Positions 46,030 through 54,025 of a stretch of 64,000 nt of DNA are shown here, in pieces (position 1 is the stretch's first letter; the number at the start of each line of letters is the position of its first letter). The stretch is from positions 1,045,469 to 1,109,468 of the forward strand of contig OY762463.1 of the NCBI GenBank assembly GCA_963665815.1, in the 5' to 3' direction. The DNA is from Candidatus Cloacimonadales bacterium. Lineage in GTDB: Bacteria; Cloacimonadota; Cloacimonadia; Cloacimonadales; JAIOQZ01. The notes under the pieces were generated by a model that did not search any database, was not told the DNA's origin, and saw only the letters and a list, made by a program, of their open reading frames with translations. The translations under genes and the position numbers were made by a program.

Positions 46030-46512
46030 CTATTTTTTTTCTACCTGTTCAGCTATTTTTAATTGAACTTCATCAGAAGCTATATCAAGCAATTCTACGA
46101 TTTTCGACTTCTTCTTCAATTCCGATGTAAATGTAACAAATGGCAGAACATCCATAATAACATAAACAAGCAACAGGAAGATCACCCCGTTTATCAAAGC
46201 AAACAAAGCCCCCAGAATTCTGTTAAGGATATTCAGCTGCATAAGCTCCAGCAGCTTCTGAGATGCAAAGATTAATAACCTGATCATTAATCCTATAAAA
46301 ATAAAGATAATGATATAAGATAACACAATAGCAAGTGTCGGATTCAGAGAAAACTTCTGAATCAGCCCATCCCTAACAAGAGGTCCAAATCTTACAATCA
46401 TAACAAAGCTTACTGCAACACCAACTAATTGAAGAATTGCTGCTATCAAACCTTTTCTGAAGCCAAGAAAAGCAATCACACACAGTATAATTAATAAAAT
46501 AAAATCTATCAT
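46030..46512 (-). CDS. cvpA: CvpA-family membrane protein
   Basis: 160 aa with four TM helices and the typical N-terminus MIDFILLIILCVIAFLGFRKGLI. Confidence 0.8.
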   Translation of the reverse strand: MIDFILLIILCVIAFLGFRKGLIAAILQLVGVAVSFVMIVRFGPLVRDGLIQKFSLNPTLAIVLSYIIIFIFIGLMIRLLIFASQKLLELMQLNILNRILGALFALINGVIFLLLVYVIMDVLPFVTFTSELKKKSKIVELLDIASDEVQLKIAEQVEKK

Positions 46513-46616
46513 GTTCTCACCTGCAAAAGTACTCTTTATTTATAATGTTAAGTTACAATTAATAAGTTCTGTTTGTTAGTTTTTAGTAAAGATTGTTGAT
46601 ATTTAAAGCAAATACG

Positions 46617-46646
46617 AGAAAAAGGCTGTTGACATTGTCAGCAGCC
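46617..46646 (-). terminator. rho-independent terminator after rpsU
   Basis: Minus strand reads GGCTGCTGACA-atg-TCAACAGCC, a 10-bp stem with one mismatch, followed by TTTTTCTCG. Confidence 0.7.
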
Positions 46647-46677
46647 TGGATATTCTAAAAAAATGAAAGTTTCAACT

Positions 46678-46881
46678 TTATGAATATCTTTCCAATTTTC
46701 TCAAATTTTTTAACATCTTTCTTCTAGCTGTATTAAGCTTTCTCTTTTTCATATCACTTGGCTTTTCGTAAGCCTGATGTTTTTTGATATCTGACAAGAT
46801 AGAAGCTCTTTCACATTTTTTCTTAAATTTCTTTAACAAAATGTCAAAAGGTTCATTCTCTTTTGCATATACTGTAGGCAT
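46678..46881 (-). CDS. rpsU: 30S ribosomal protein S21
   Basis: The start is moved to the ATG at 46881 (GGAGGTGAG RBS upstream). MPTVYAKENEPFDILLKKFKKKCERASILSDIKKHQAYEKPSDMKKRK.. is a typical S21. The longer ORF-track form adds 32 non-homologous residues. Confidence 0.9.
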   Translation of the reverse strand: MPTVYAKENEPFDILLKKFKKKCERASILSDIKKHQAYEKPSDMKKRKLNTARRKMLKNLRKLERYS

Positions 46882-46957
46882 TTCTTTCTCACCTCCTTCC
46901 TGTCTTAATCTGATGCCAGAAAAAAATACCTCAAAACTATTGTCAAGCTTATGCAAA

Positions 46958-47581
46958 CTATTTTTTTCTAACTCCAAGTCGTAAAATATCTATTATTCCT
47001 TCTTTAGCTTCCTCAAGACTGAAATTTACAGTTTTATTGTTAATTTCTGTAAGAACAAAATCCAGCGAACCAAGAATCATACATGCAAAAATGTCTCTGT
47101 TGACATTTCTCCATTCTCCTTCAGCAATTGCTTCATCAATCAGTTTTTTCAGATAATTGAAATATTCTGTAAAAATCCAGTTTTCAGGAAAATGCTTGTA
47201 GAAATCACTTGATTGTCTGAGCTCAATTGCTATAAATTTCATTAAATACGGGTTTTCCTTAAATAAATCAACATGATAATTAAAGAAACTTATCAATTTT
47301 TCCACACCATGTTCTATGAGCTCAGTTTTTTCAATTACTGATTCCAGTTTCTTGTAAAACACCTCTTTAAAAGCCTTTAAAAGTAAATCATCCTTATTTG
47401 CAAAGTACAAGTAAACTGTTCCATCTGCTACATTAGCGGCTTTGGCAACTTCAGAAATTTTTGTATTGTGAAATCCTTTCTTGGAGAATATCTTGATTGC
47501 TGCCTGAATAATTGCTTCTCTTTTGATCGCTTGCTTTCTGTTAAGCTTATCTGTGTCTTTAATTTCCGGTTTCATAATCAT
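46958..47581 (-). CDS. TetR/AcrR-family transcriptional regulator
   Basis: N-terminal HTH FSKKGFHNTKISEVAKAANVADGTVYLYFANKDDLL. 207 aa. Confidence 0.85.
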   Translation of the reverse strand: MIMKPEIKDTDKLNRKQAIKREAIIQAAIKIFSKKGFHNTKISEVAKAANVADGTVYLYFANKDDLLLKAFKEVFYKKLESVIEKTELIEHGVEKLISFFNYHVDLFKENPYLMKFIAIELRQSSDFYKHFPENWIFTEYFNYLKKLIDEAIAEGEWRNVNRDIFACMILGSLDFVLTEINNKTVNFSLEEAKEGIIDILRLGVRKK

Positions 47582-47606
47582 TCCCCTTATTTTATTTAAT
47601 TACACA

Positions 47607-47625
47607 AAATGAATAAGCCTCATTT
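47607..47625. promoter_or_regulatory. inverted repeat; candidate TetR operator in its own promoter region
   Basis: AAATGA-ataagcc-TCATTT (6-bp arms), placed 2 nt from a minus-strand TTGACA (47628-47633) and about 25 nt upstream of the TetR start. Confidence 0.3.
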
Positions 47626-47657
47626 ATTGTCAATAAAATATATGTTCAATTTAAAAA

Positions 47658-49877
47658 TTAGAATATCATAGGACAGCCTATGGATACAAATGTTGTTAAA
47701 TCGTCACGCTCTGAATTCCCATATAGAGACAGTTCAATAGGACCTATAGGTGAAATATAACCAACGGTAACTCCTCCACCTAACAAAAGCCCATACTTTT
47801 TACCATAAATATCCTTGCCCTCAGAACGAAACAAATCTCGATAAGAATCCCCTATCTTACAGCCATTACCTTTTAAAGATATTACAAGATTTTCTATCGG
47901 CTCATAATGTAACGATGCTTGCATGACAAAAGCATTTACAACAGTTTTCTCCATAAAAGAAAAACCCCAAAGCGGCAAGTTTAATACGGAAGAATAATGT
48001 TCTCCTCCCACATAAATCTGTCTATCTCCGGTGATTTCATTGTTGTCTCTTCCACCAAACCACATATCACCAGATGCAAAAAAATCTCCAATTTCCATAA
48101 CTTCTTTGTAATGCATAAAGTAATGATTAACATTTTTTTCATTATTATCATCAACAATTCTATTGTGACTTTGCCTGTAATCCAGATGCAGTTTCACTCC
48201 ATTTCTGGGATAAAATGTCCTGTCCAGATTATCCATGAGCATATACATTCTGAATACAAGATATTTACTATATTCAGATCCCTGATACCAACTTGGTTTG
48301 ACAAAATTAGGTGTCAGTTCCACACGCTCATAGGACACATCTCCCCCAATAACAAATTCGTTGGTGAATGTTGTCTGCAAACCTATTGAACCGGCAAATT
48401 GCTTATACTTGAAGTTTGCCGAAATTGCATAAGATGAATCCCTTATACTTACATCAAGTTTATTGAACCAGATTTTTGTTTTTAATCCAAAACCCGGTTT
48501 CCAGCCTGTATGAATAAAATACTGTGCTTCTGTTCCATAATTTTCGCTTAACTTGAAATCAATAGACAGTTTCGAGCTTTCCAACAGAAAATTTCTATAT
48601 GTTCTGTTCAATAAAACAGAAGACTTTAGATCCGTGTTATAGTGCAGCCCGACCCTGAATGAATTTACATTCTTTTCTACAACCCTGAGTATCAGGTGAA
48701 TACCATTATTTACCGGTTTGAACTCATACGTTACCCTCTCGAAATATCCTGATCCGTATAGTCGGTCAACAAGCTCACTTAAATCATCCTGATTCATCCA
48801 TCTGTTTTCAATAATTCCATGCATCCCAATGATGATGTTTTTAGAAAGTTTATCAAGCCCTTTGACTTCAGTTTTAACTACATATAGTGAATCAACAGAT
48901 TTTATAGGAAAAAAGTTTTCCTTTCTGTTTTTCTGTGACTCAGCAATTTTCAGAAGTTCTTTAAATTGCCTTCGCGCAGCTCTTTCACCAATTGCAATTA
49001 GAGAATCAATATACTCGAAATCTGTAATGGAATAGGCCTCAGTATCTGGTTGAATAAGTAAATCAACAAGCTTTCGTTGTTCAAGAGTAGAGAATGCACC
49101 ATTCAGCCCTATAGACTGTTCAACAATATTTACAAGTGTCTGTAGTTGTTCTTTTGATTTAAATGTTCTGGCAACATCAATACCAATTACATAATCCGCT
49201 CCCATTTCAATACAGTCTGAGACAGGGAAATTCCTTACAAGACCACCATCAACAAGTAATTTTCCATTAAGCTCAATAGGCTTAAACATTGTTGGTATAG
49301 ACATACTTGCACGAATTGCATCAGCAAGATAACCTGAATCAAACACAACAGCTTCACCCTTTTCAATGTCAGTAGCAACACATCTGAATGGAATCGGAAA
49401 ATCATCAAAGCTTTCCAGATGATGTACTGAAAGGGTTAATTTTGCCAGTAAATTGGAAAAGTTCTGGCCTGCAACGAGCCCCGAAGGTAATACAGGCTTA
49501 TTATTCAGCATAGGAAATGAAAGAGCATATCTTTTTTCAAGATCCTTTTCTTCCATTGAAAGAGCAGTTCTCGGCGTTTTATCCATTAAAAAGGAGTTCC
49601 AGTCAATACTCTTTGCCAAATCTTCCAATTCATCAGGAGTATACCCAATTGCATATAGTGCTCCAAGAATACTCCCCATACTGGTGCCAGAAATATAATC
49701 AACTTTTAAGCCAAGTTCATCAATTACCTTCAGTACGCCAATATGAGCAAAACCCTTAGCTCCACCACCACTTAAAACGAGTCCGACCTTAAGTGAGTCA
49801 CACTCATTGAGATTAGCTTGTGGATTTGCAAACAGCATTCCGGCTGTAATAAACAAAATGATAAATATGTATTTCAT
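47658..49877 (-). CDS. patatin-like phospholipase fused to POTRA/Omp85-type beta-barrel (PlpD-like, type Vd autotransporter architecture)
   Basis: Signal peptide, then patatin motifs LSGGGAKGFAHIG, GTSMGS and VDGGLVRNFP. About 400 C-terminal residues are beta-barrel-like and end in ..FVSIGCPMIF. Confidence 0.85.
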   Translation of the reverse strand: MKYIFIILFITAGMLFANPQANLNECDSLKVGLVLSGGGAKGFAHIGVLKVIDELGLKVDYISGTSMGSILGALYAIGYTPDELEDLAKSIDWNSFLMDKTPRTALSMEEKDLEKRYALSFPMLNNKPVLPSGLVAGQNFSNLLAKLTLSVHHLESFDDFPIPFRCVATDIEKGEAVVFDSGYLADAIRASMSIPTMFKPIELNGKLLVDGGLVRNFPVSDCIEMGADYVIGIDVARTFKSKEQLQTLVNIVEQSIGLNGAFSTLEQRKLVDLLIQPDTEAYSITDFEYIDSLIAIGERAARRQFKELLKIAESQKNRKENFFPIKSVDSLYVVKTEVKGLDKLSKNIIIGMHGIIENRWMNQDDLSELVDRLYGSGYFERVTYEFKPVNNGIHLILRVVEKNVNSFRVGLHYNTDLKSSVLLNRTYRNFLLESSKLSIDFKLSENYGTEAQYFIHTGWKPGFGLKTKIWFNKLDVSIRDSSYAISANFKYKQFAGSIGLQTTFTNEFVIGGDVSYERVELTPNFVKPSWYQGSEYSKYLVFRMYMLMDNLDRTFYPRNGVKLHLDYRQSHNRIVDDNNEKNVNHYFMHYKEVMEIGDFFASGDMWFGGRDNNEITGDRQIYVGGEHYSSVLNLPLWGFSFMEKTVVNAFVMQASLHYEPIENLVISLKGNGCKIGDSYRDLFRSEGKDIYGKKYGLLLGGGVTVGYISPIGPIELSLYGNSERDDLTTFVSIGCPMIF

Positions 49878-50635
49878 TATTTCGATGCGTTTTTCAATAA
49901 AGCTTCAATATCAATTTCACCATCATCATCGTCTAACAGAAAATCATTGTTCTCTTCTACAGGGTTACTGCATTTTCTTGCAGGGAACTCGATATTAAAG
50001 TGCGATATCCCATCTACTGCTTTTAAAGCAATTGTAAACTCACTTTGAGAAATCAAGTCAGCAATTAGTTTCAGTTCAAGTTCATCCTCAAGTTTTGCAG
50101 AATTAAAAAAATCTGTTTCAATGATAACAGCATCTTCCTTGAGCTTAAAACAAATATCTATACTTGCATTTTCATCTTCCGTGTTAAGGAAAATTGTAAC
50201 CTGTTCCCCATCTGCTGTATTGTCCAGAATATAATCAATTGCCAGAGTAAGTATATTAAGAAGGACAGAAGCATTAATGTCTGCTACAACATTATTATCA
50301 ACATTCAGAATTACTTCTCTTCGATGCTTATATGTCATATTAGACATATAAAAAATATCAAACTGCTCAATAACTTCTCTGACACTTACCAGATGGTCAT
50401 CCATATTCTTATCTACATCAATTACATACGTAACATTCTTAAGTATTCTATTGATTCTGGACAATTGAGATTCAATTTTATCAAGTCCTTTCAAGTCAGG
50501 ATTTTTCATCTGCAGTAACTCAAGTCTACCGGAAATTCCCATTATCGGAGTATTCAAATTATGAATCAATCCTCCAATCAATTTTCCATATTTTGATGAC
50601 TTATACAAATCAATTAGTTCTTTTTTCATATTCAT
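49877..50635 (-). CDS. cytoplasmic histidine-kinase-like protein: DHp H-box present, ATP-binding domain degenerate
   Basis: 252 aa with H-box-like GGLIHNLNTPIMGISGRLELL. An N-box-like LLNILTLAIDYILDN is present, but no DxGxG or GxGxG boxes. The tail is acidic. Its stop overlaps the patatin start (TAATG). Confidence 0.6.
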   Translation of the reverse strand: MNMKKELIDLYKSSKYGKLIGGLIHNLNTPIMGISGRLELLQMKNPDLKGLDKIESQLSRINRILKNVTYVIDVDKNMDDHLVSVREVIEQFDIFYMSNMTYKHRREVILNVDNNVVADINASVLLNILTLAIDYILDNTADGEQVTIFLNTEDENASIDICFKLKEDAVIIETDFFNSAKLEDELELKLIADLISQSEFTIALKAVDGISHFNIEFPARKCSNPVEENNDFLLDDDDGEIDIEALLKNASK

Positions 50636-50723
50636 ATCAAAATTATATTTTTAAACAGCTAAAAGTCAACAGCAAAAATTATTTAAATAAAAAACGAGTT
50701 AATCAGTAACATAAAATGAGATG

Positions 50724-50748
50724 AAAAAAGGGGGGAAAATCCCCCTTT
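50724..50748 (-). terminator. rho-independent terminator after the aminotransferase gene
   Basis: Minus strand reads AAAGGGGG-attttc-CCCCCTTT followed by TTTCATC. Confidence 0.7.
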
Positions 50749-50752
50749 AACT

Positions 50753-51961
50753 CTATTTAAGATTGTCTTTTATAACTTTAGCCAATCTTTTTACACCTTC
50801 AATGTTTTTTTCTATTGTTGTGAATGAGAAATTTATTCTCATTGTATTCTGTCCGCCACCATTACAATAGAAGGCAGAACCAATTACAAATGCAACCTTT
50901 TCTTCAATTGCATGTTTGAATAATTCTTCCGCATCCATATATTCCGGAAGAGTAAGGAAAAGGAACAATCCACCATCAGGAACAGTCCATGTTACTCCTT
51001 CAGGCATATGCTTATCAAATTCAGCAAGCATAACATCGCGCTTTTCACGATACATTTCCTTAATCTTCTCAATGTTTTTATCCATTAATCCTTTTTCCAG
51101 GAATTTTGCTGCAATTCGCTGAGTAAACGGAGGTGTACATAAATCAACAGCTTGTTTGGCAACAACAAGTTTGTCGATCACATCTTCATGCCCAAGAGCC
51201 CAGCCTAATCTGAATCCTGGAACAAATGTCTTTGAAAAAGTTCCAAGAGTAAGTACATGACCGGTATCATCAAGAGCTATCATAGGAGGAACATGTTCTC
51301 CCTCAAATCTCAGTTCTCTGTATGGGCTGTCTTCAATAATCAGAACATCATACTTCTTAGCAATTTCGATTATTGCTACTCTCCTGTCTTCAGGCATACT
51401 GATTCCTGCAGGATTTTGAAAATCTGGAATACAATATATTAATTTTGGTTTTTCACCATTATCCTGCATTTGCTTGAGGGTTTCTTCAAGTTTATCCGCT
51501 CTCATTCCATCTTCATCCATTTCAACACCTACGAGATCAGCTCCATAACTGTTAAATGCGGACAATCCACCGAGATAAGAAGGCAGTTCACATATTATCT
51601 TGTCACCCCTGTCAACAAAGATCTTTGCAACAAGATCAAGTCCCTGTTGAGATGCAGTAGTAATCAGAATGTTATCCATTCCAAGATCAACACCGTCTTT
51701 CTTATAGCGCTTAAGAAGCTCTTCCCTGAGAAGATTGTCACCTTCTGTAGGACCATATTGAAGTACCATTGTTGGATCTTCTTCCATAATCTCATGAATT
51801 ATTTCTTTCAGTTCTTCTACCGGGAATGATTCAGGAGCCGGAAGTCCACCTGCAAATGAAATTATATCAGGATTTCTTGTTAACTTAAGAAGTTCCCTGA
51901 TTGCTGATCTTTTCATACCTTTTGCATTCTTAGAAAAAATGTTTTGTAAATCAGTTACCAT
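50753..51961 (-). CDS. PLP-dependent aminotransferase (class I/II fold; LysN/MocR-type catalytic domain)
   Basis: 402 aa. ..ISFAGGLPAPESFP.., ..YCIPDFQNPAG.., and the PLP-lysine context GTFSKTFVPGFRLGW. Confidence 0.85.
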   Translation of the reverse strand: MVTDLQNIFSKNAKGMKRSAIRELLKLTRNPDIISFAGGLPAPESFPVEELKEIIHEIMEEDPTMVLQYGPTEGDNLLREELLKRYKKDGVDLGMDNILITTASQQGLDLVAKIFVDRGDKIICELPSYLGGLSAFNSYGADLVGVEMDEDGMRADKLEETLKQMQDNGEKPKLIYCIPDFQNPAGISMPEDRRVAIIEIAKKYDVLIIEDSPYRELRFEGEHVPPMIALDDTGHVLTLGTFSKTFVPGFRLGWALGHEDVIDKLVVAKQAVDLCTPPFTQRIAAKFLEKGLMDKNIEKIKEMYREKRDVMLAEFDKHMPEGVTWTVPDGGLFLFLTLPEYMDAEELFKHAIEEKVAFVIGSAFYCNGGGQNTMRINFSFTTIEKNIEGVKRLAKVIKDNLK

Positions 51962-51974
51962 TTTTTTCCTCCAT

Positions 51975-53279
51975 CTATATGTTTTTATACTTTAATTCTT
52001 CAATCTTTTTGTTTATTTCATTCAGAGATGATCTATCAATGTTAACTTTCAGCACATGTTCCTGAACAACCTCATCATATTCATCCTCCAGAATAGTTGA
52101 ATTGGAATATATGAAATTCAATAGTTTATGCTGCGTGTATGGTATTCTCAAAGTCGATATTGCTTTTCTGCTGCTGAGGAAAAAGTTGATTCTGCTGTAT
52201 AGCTCCTCAATATTTTCTTTTTCCTTTGCAGAAATGAATATTGCCTGAGGATAGTCATTCTGAAGTTTTTTCTTCAAAAATTTAAAATGAACACCCTGAA
52301 CCTTGTCAATCTTGTTGAATACCATTAGAATATCTTTGTCAACAGCTCCAAGTTCTTCAAGTACTTCTTCAACTGCCGAAATCTGATCAAACACAAATGG
52401 ATGAGAAACATCAACAACATGAAGCAGCAAATCAGCTTCAAGAACTTCCATCAAAGTACTGTGGAAAGATTCTACCAGAGTATGGGGAAGATCTTTTATA
52501 AAACCGATTGTATCAGTTATTACAACCTGTTCTTTTCGACTCAGATAAATTGATCTTGTTGTTGCATCAAGTGTGGCAAAAAGCTCATTTGCTGCATAAA
52601 CATCACCATTAGTTATCTGATTAAATAAAGTAGATTTGCCTGCATTTGTATAACCTATCAGAGCCAGATTTATTGCTTTTCTTCTTCTGGATCTTTTAGT
52701 TTCAGTATGCTTACTGATAAGCTTCAGCTTACGTTTCAACTGAGTGATTTTGTTCTGTATCTCTCTCCGGTCAACTTCAATCTGCTTTTCCCCGGGTCCT
52801 CTGAAGCCAATACCTCCCTGAATCCTGGAAAGGTGTCCCCACAGGTTTTTCAATCTGGAGTAATTATATTCCATTTGAGCAAGCTCAACCTGTAGTTTAG
52901 CCTGTTTCGTCCGAGCATGTAATGCAAAAATATCGAGAATCAATTCGGTTCTATCAACAATTTTACATTTGAATTCATTAGCAAGATTTCGAGATTGTGC
53001 AGGAGAAAGATCATTGTTAAAAATAATTGTATCCGGTCGCTCTTCGTCATCAAACTCATCCATTAAAGCCTTAATCTCAACTATTTTTCCCTTCCCAATA
53101 TATGTTGAAGGTTTAGGCTTTTCCATGAATTGAGAAAAAACATCCACGACTTGAGCAGATGCAGTTTTAACAAGGCTTTTGAGTTCTGATAGAGATTCTT
53201 CAAAAGCCTGTTTCTGCTTCCGGTCAGTGAGAACACCGACAAGAATAACGCGTTCTTTTCTCTTCTTTATGGTTAGCAA
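51975..53279 (-). CDS. hflX: GTPase HflX
   Basis: N-terminal HflX domain. G1 GYTNAGKSTLFN. G3 DTIGFI. G4 NKID. Confidence 0.9.
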   Translation of the reverse strand: MLTIKKRKERVILVGVLTDRKQKQAFEESLSELKSLVKTASAQVVDVFSQFMEKPKPSTYIGKGKIVEIKALMDEFDDEERPDTIIFNNDLSPAQSRNLANEFKCKIVDRTELILDIFALHARTKQAKLQVELAQMEYNYSRLKNLWGHLSRIQGGIGFRGPGEKQIEVDRREIQNKITQLKRKLKLISKHTETKRSRRRKAINLALIGYTNAGKSTLFNQITNGDVYAANELFATLDATTRSIYLSRKEQVVITDTIGFIKDLPHTLVESFHSTLMEVLEADLLLHVVDVSHPFVFDQISAVEEVLEELGAVDKDILMVFNKIDKVQGVHFKFLKKKLQNDYPQAIFISAKEKENIEELYSRINFFLSSRKAISTLRIPYTQHKLLNFIYSNSTILEDEYDEVVQEHVLKVNIDRSSLNEINKKIEELKYKNI

Positions 53280-53288
53280 GACAGTCCC

Positions 53289-53579
53289 TTATTCTGATTC
53301 ATAAATAAGGACTTTTTTGTTTCTGTTTCTCCAGTTAGCATATTCTTCGCGAATCTCCATTAACCAGAGAGTTTTCTTGTTTTCATCTTCAAAAGTCAAA
53401 ATATCCAAATGGTGAAACTTTCCTGATTTACCTCTGAAGCTTTTTTGCGGTAACTCAATATCAAGCTGATTATTTCTTCTTAATATTGTTACCTCGTTCA
53501 GGAACACACCTGGAGCAAGTTCAATAATAGCCCTTGCTTCAACGATACCCTGACTGACATCTTTAAATTTTACGTTCAT
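53289..53579 (-). CDS. spoVG: SpoVG-family protein
   Basis: The start is placed at the ATG at 53579. MNVKFKDVSQGIVEARAIIELAPGVFLNEVTILRRNNQLDIELPQKSFRGKSGKFHHLDILTFEDENKK has the SpoVG pattern. Confidence 0.7.
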   Translation of the reverse strand: MNVKFKDVSQGIVEARAIIELAPGVFLNEVTILRRNNQLDIELPQKSFRGKSGKFHHLDILTFEDENKKTLWLMEIREEYANWRNRNKKVLIYESE

Positions 53580-54025
53580 ATAACCTCTCAAAAACTTACA
53601 ATAATTCACCTTTAAAGCAATGTTTCGAACTTAATTGTCAAGTAAAACTTTGACAATTATTAGTAACCGCTTACTTGATATTAACAAATAATTAAATTAT
53701 TATCTATTTTATGAAAAATCTATAGACTAAACTATGAAGCTTAGAATAAAAATGTTTCTTTCCCTGCTCTTATCATTATTATATCTATAATAGAATTATA
53801 CATAATTTTTTTTTATCGAAACGTTCAAATACGTCTGATTCATTCAAAATAAGTATATCAGGAAGGTCTTTAATGATTAATTCGAAAATCTCATCTAAAA
53901 CCAAATTCCAACGTGTTTTTATGTTGTTATGCAAACTCTCATGAATTTAAATATTGGCTGTTTCTGAAAACTAACATGAATCTGGAAATCAATAAAAATT
54001 CTTATTATTATCAGGTGAAATTCTA

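Noticed and set aside
46678-46977. 99-aa long form of the S21 ORF, which overlaps the TetR gene end.
   Set aside because: S21 homology begins at MPTVYAK (ATG at 46881), which has a GGAGG-type RBS. The 32 extra N-terminal residues have no counterpart in S21 proteins.
53633-53658. Perfect 9-bp inverted repeat AATTGTCAA-N8-TTGACAATT upstream of spoVG, giving TTGACA on both strands.
   Set aside because: It could be an operator or back-to-back -35 boxes. However, I found no well-spaced -10 element on either strand and no regulator to assign. It is recorded only as an observation.
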